This document shows positions 62,385-64,000 of a stretch of DNA of 64,000 bases, in pieces. Position 1 is the stretch's first letter; every line of letters begins with the position of its first letter. The position numbers and the translations under genes were made by a program. Source of the DNA: Eledone cirrhosa (Eukaryota); contig OZ024765.1 in the NCBI GenBank assembly GCA_964016885.1, forward strand, positions 16,492,001 to 16,556,000, in the 5' to 3' direction. A model generated the notes under the pieces. The model was not told the origin of the DNA, did no database searches, and saw only the letters and a program-made list of their open reading frames with translations.

Positions 62385-63535
62385 TAACGTTTTCTGATTT
62401 AAGCACAAGGCCAACAATTTTACAGGAGGGGAAAGTCAATTAAACCAACCCCAGCACATTACCGGTACTTTATTTTTATCAACCCTGTAAGGCTGAAAGG
62501 CAAAACTAACCTCGGCTGGATTTGAACTCATTGTACTGGTAGAGCATCAGACACCATGCTTTGTAGCATAGAGTTATGGCCCTTTACCTTCTGAGTTCAA
62601 ATCTGCTGAGGTTAACTTTGCCTTTCATCCTTACGGGGTCGACAAAATAAAGTACCAGTAATGAACTGGAGGTAATTGCTGGCCTTGTGCCAAAAGTAGA
62701 AGCAATTATTATTATTATTATTAATAACAATAATAAAAAATAATAGAAAAAGGAATTGAAAGGTTCACCTACCGTATCCGAAGGGGACATCAGCATCTTC
62801 AAAGTCCTGAATCAATGTTAATCATGTAGAAAGTTCTTTAGAGTTCCGTTTGGATATGGATCTGCAAGATAAAAAAAAAAAAAAAAAAATGAACTATTAA
62901 ATGAACTATAAAATAAAAAAATTAAAAATAAAGTACCAGTAATACACTGGGATAATTGCTGCCCTTCTGCCAAAAAGTAGAAACATTTATTATTAGGGTG
63001 GTGGATTGGCAGTATGGGTGGAGCGTCAGTTACCATGCTTTGCAGCATAGAGTTACGGCCCTTTATTTCTGAGTTCAAATCCCGCCGAGGGGTCGATAAA
63101 TTAAAGTACCAGTGATGCACTGGGGTAATTGCTGGCCTTGTGCCTAAAGTAGAAACATTTATTATTAGGGTGGTGGATTGGCAGTATGGGTGGAGCGTCA
63201 GATACCATGCTTTGCAGCATAGAGTTACGGCCCTTTATTTCTGAGTTCAAATCCCGCCGAGGAGTCGATAAAATAAAGTACCAGTAATGCACTGGGGTCG
63301 ATTTAATCAACTTTCCCTTCCCCCCAAAAATTACAGCCTTGTGCCTAAAGTAGAAACAATTATTATTGAAGAAGAACCCTTAATAATTGTTTCTACGTTA
63401 GGCACAAGGCCAGCAATTATCAGTGTATTACTGGTACTTTATTTTATCGACCCCCGTAAGGATGAAAGGCAAAGTTAACCTCGGCAGAATTTGAACTCAT
63501 ACCATAAAGGGCCGTAACTCTATGCAGCAAAGCAA
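62385..63535. mobile_element. tRNA-SINE cluster in both orientations
   Basis: Minus 62385-62530, plus 62535-62710, plus tandem 62925-63365, minus 63385-63535. Confidence 0.88.
62773..62861 (-). other. Candidate 89-nt host exon (UTR or non-coding)
   Basis: Acceptor (t)n-atcttgcag and donor g|gtaggt around unique sequence; all three frames contain stops. Confidence 0.35.
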
Positions 63536-63569
63536 TAATGTTTAATAATAATGATAATGATTTTTTTTT

Positions 63570-64000
63570 ATTACCACAAAGGGTTTACACCAAGAAAAAA
63601 CATTATGACAGTACAGGACAAAAACAGAGTGTGAGTGTGTATGTGTGTGTTGGTATATATACATATGTGTGTGTGTGTGTGTGCATGTATTTGTGTTGGT
63701 GTGTGTGTATGTGTGTGTGTGTGTGCATGTATTTGTGTTGGTGTGTGTGTGTTGGGTTTTGCAAGTAAACCAGTTTTAACAATGTTAAAAAAAAAGATAA
63801 AATTAAAACAAAGAAATTTGCTCAATAGTGAGAAGACATTTGAGGGTCATTCGAGGGGGGGGAAAACCCCCATAAATCCACGGATGCTCTGATCTTTAGG
63901 CTAAGTGCCCTGTACCAGTTGTACTCCTCCAATCTACAGGCTTACACTCAGAGTGGACCCATTCACTCGGGCCACGCTTTCTTCCCTCACACACCTTTCA
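63570..64000 (-). mobile_element. Tx1/L1-like LINE 3' end split by (TG)n
   Basis: cccattcactcgggcca and ctacaggct are shared with 45920-45963. Confidence 0.45.

Noticed and set aside
62773-62861. Receptor-kinase-like peptide YPNGTLKNFLHD
   Set aside because: Immediately followed by stops; no other kinase motifs nearby.

Overview
Eukaryotic, extremely repeat-rich window with no intact protein-coding gene that I can support. The repeat repertoire points to an octopod cephalopod genome; this is an inference from remembered repeat motifs, not a search. Nearly all long ORFs in the track are artefacts of (TA)n, (CA)n, (GGT)n and (GA)n tracts. Real content: decayed RTE-clade LINEs (some with a PHD-like finger inside the RT region), an R4/Dong LINE remnant, Tx1/L1-like 3' ends, tRNA-derived SINE clusters, a mariner derivative, a Helitron, hAT and piggyBac-like MITEs, TE-derived minisatellites, and a ~3 kb duplication across a 200-N gap. 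The most striking signal is a dense set of Penelope-like element (PLE) termini carrying minimal type I hammerhead ribozymes, with about 8 distinct full motifs plus duplicated and degenerate copies. These lie mostly in (TA)n and repeatedly form fold-back structures: long inverted repeats with one ribozyme per strand, and near-perfect palindromes centred on the hammerhead helix-III-like motif AAC-NNNN-GTT. All calls come from manual reading and translation.
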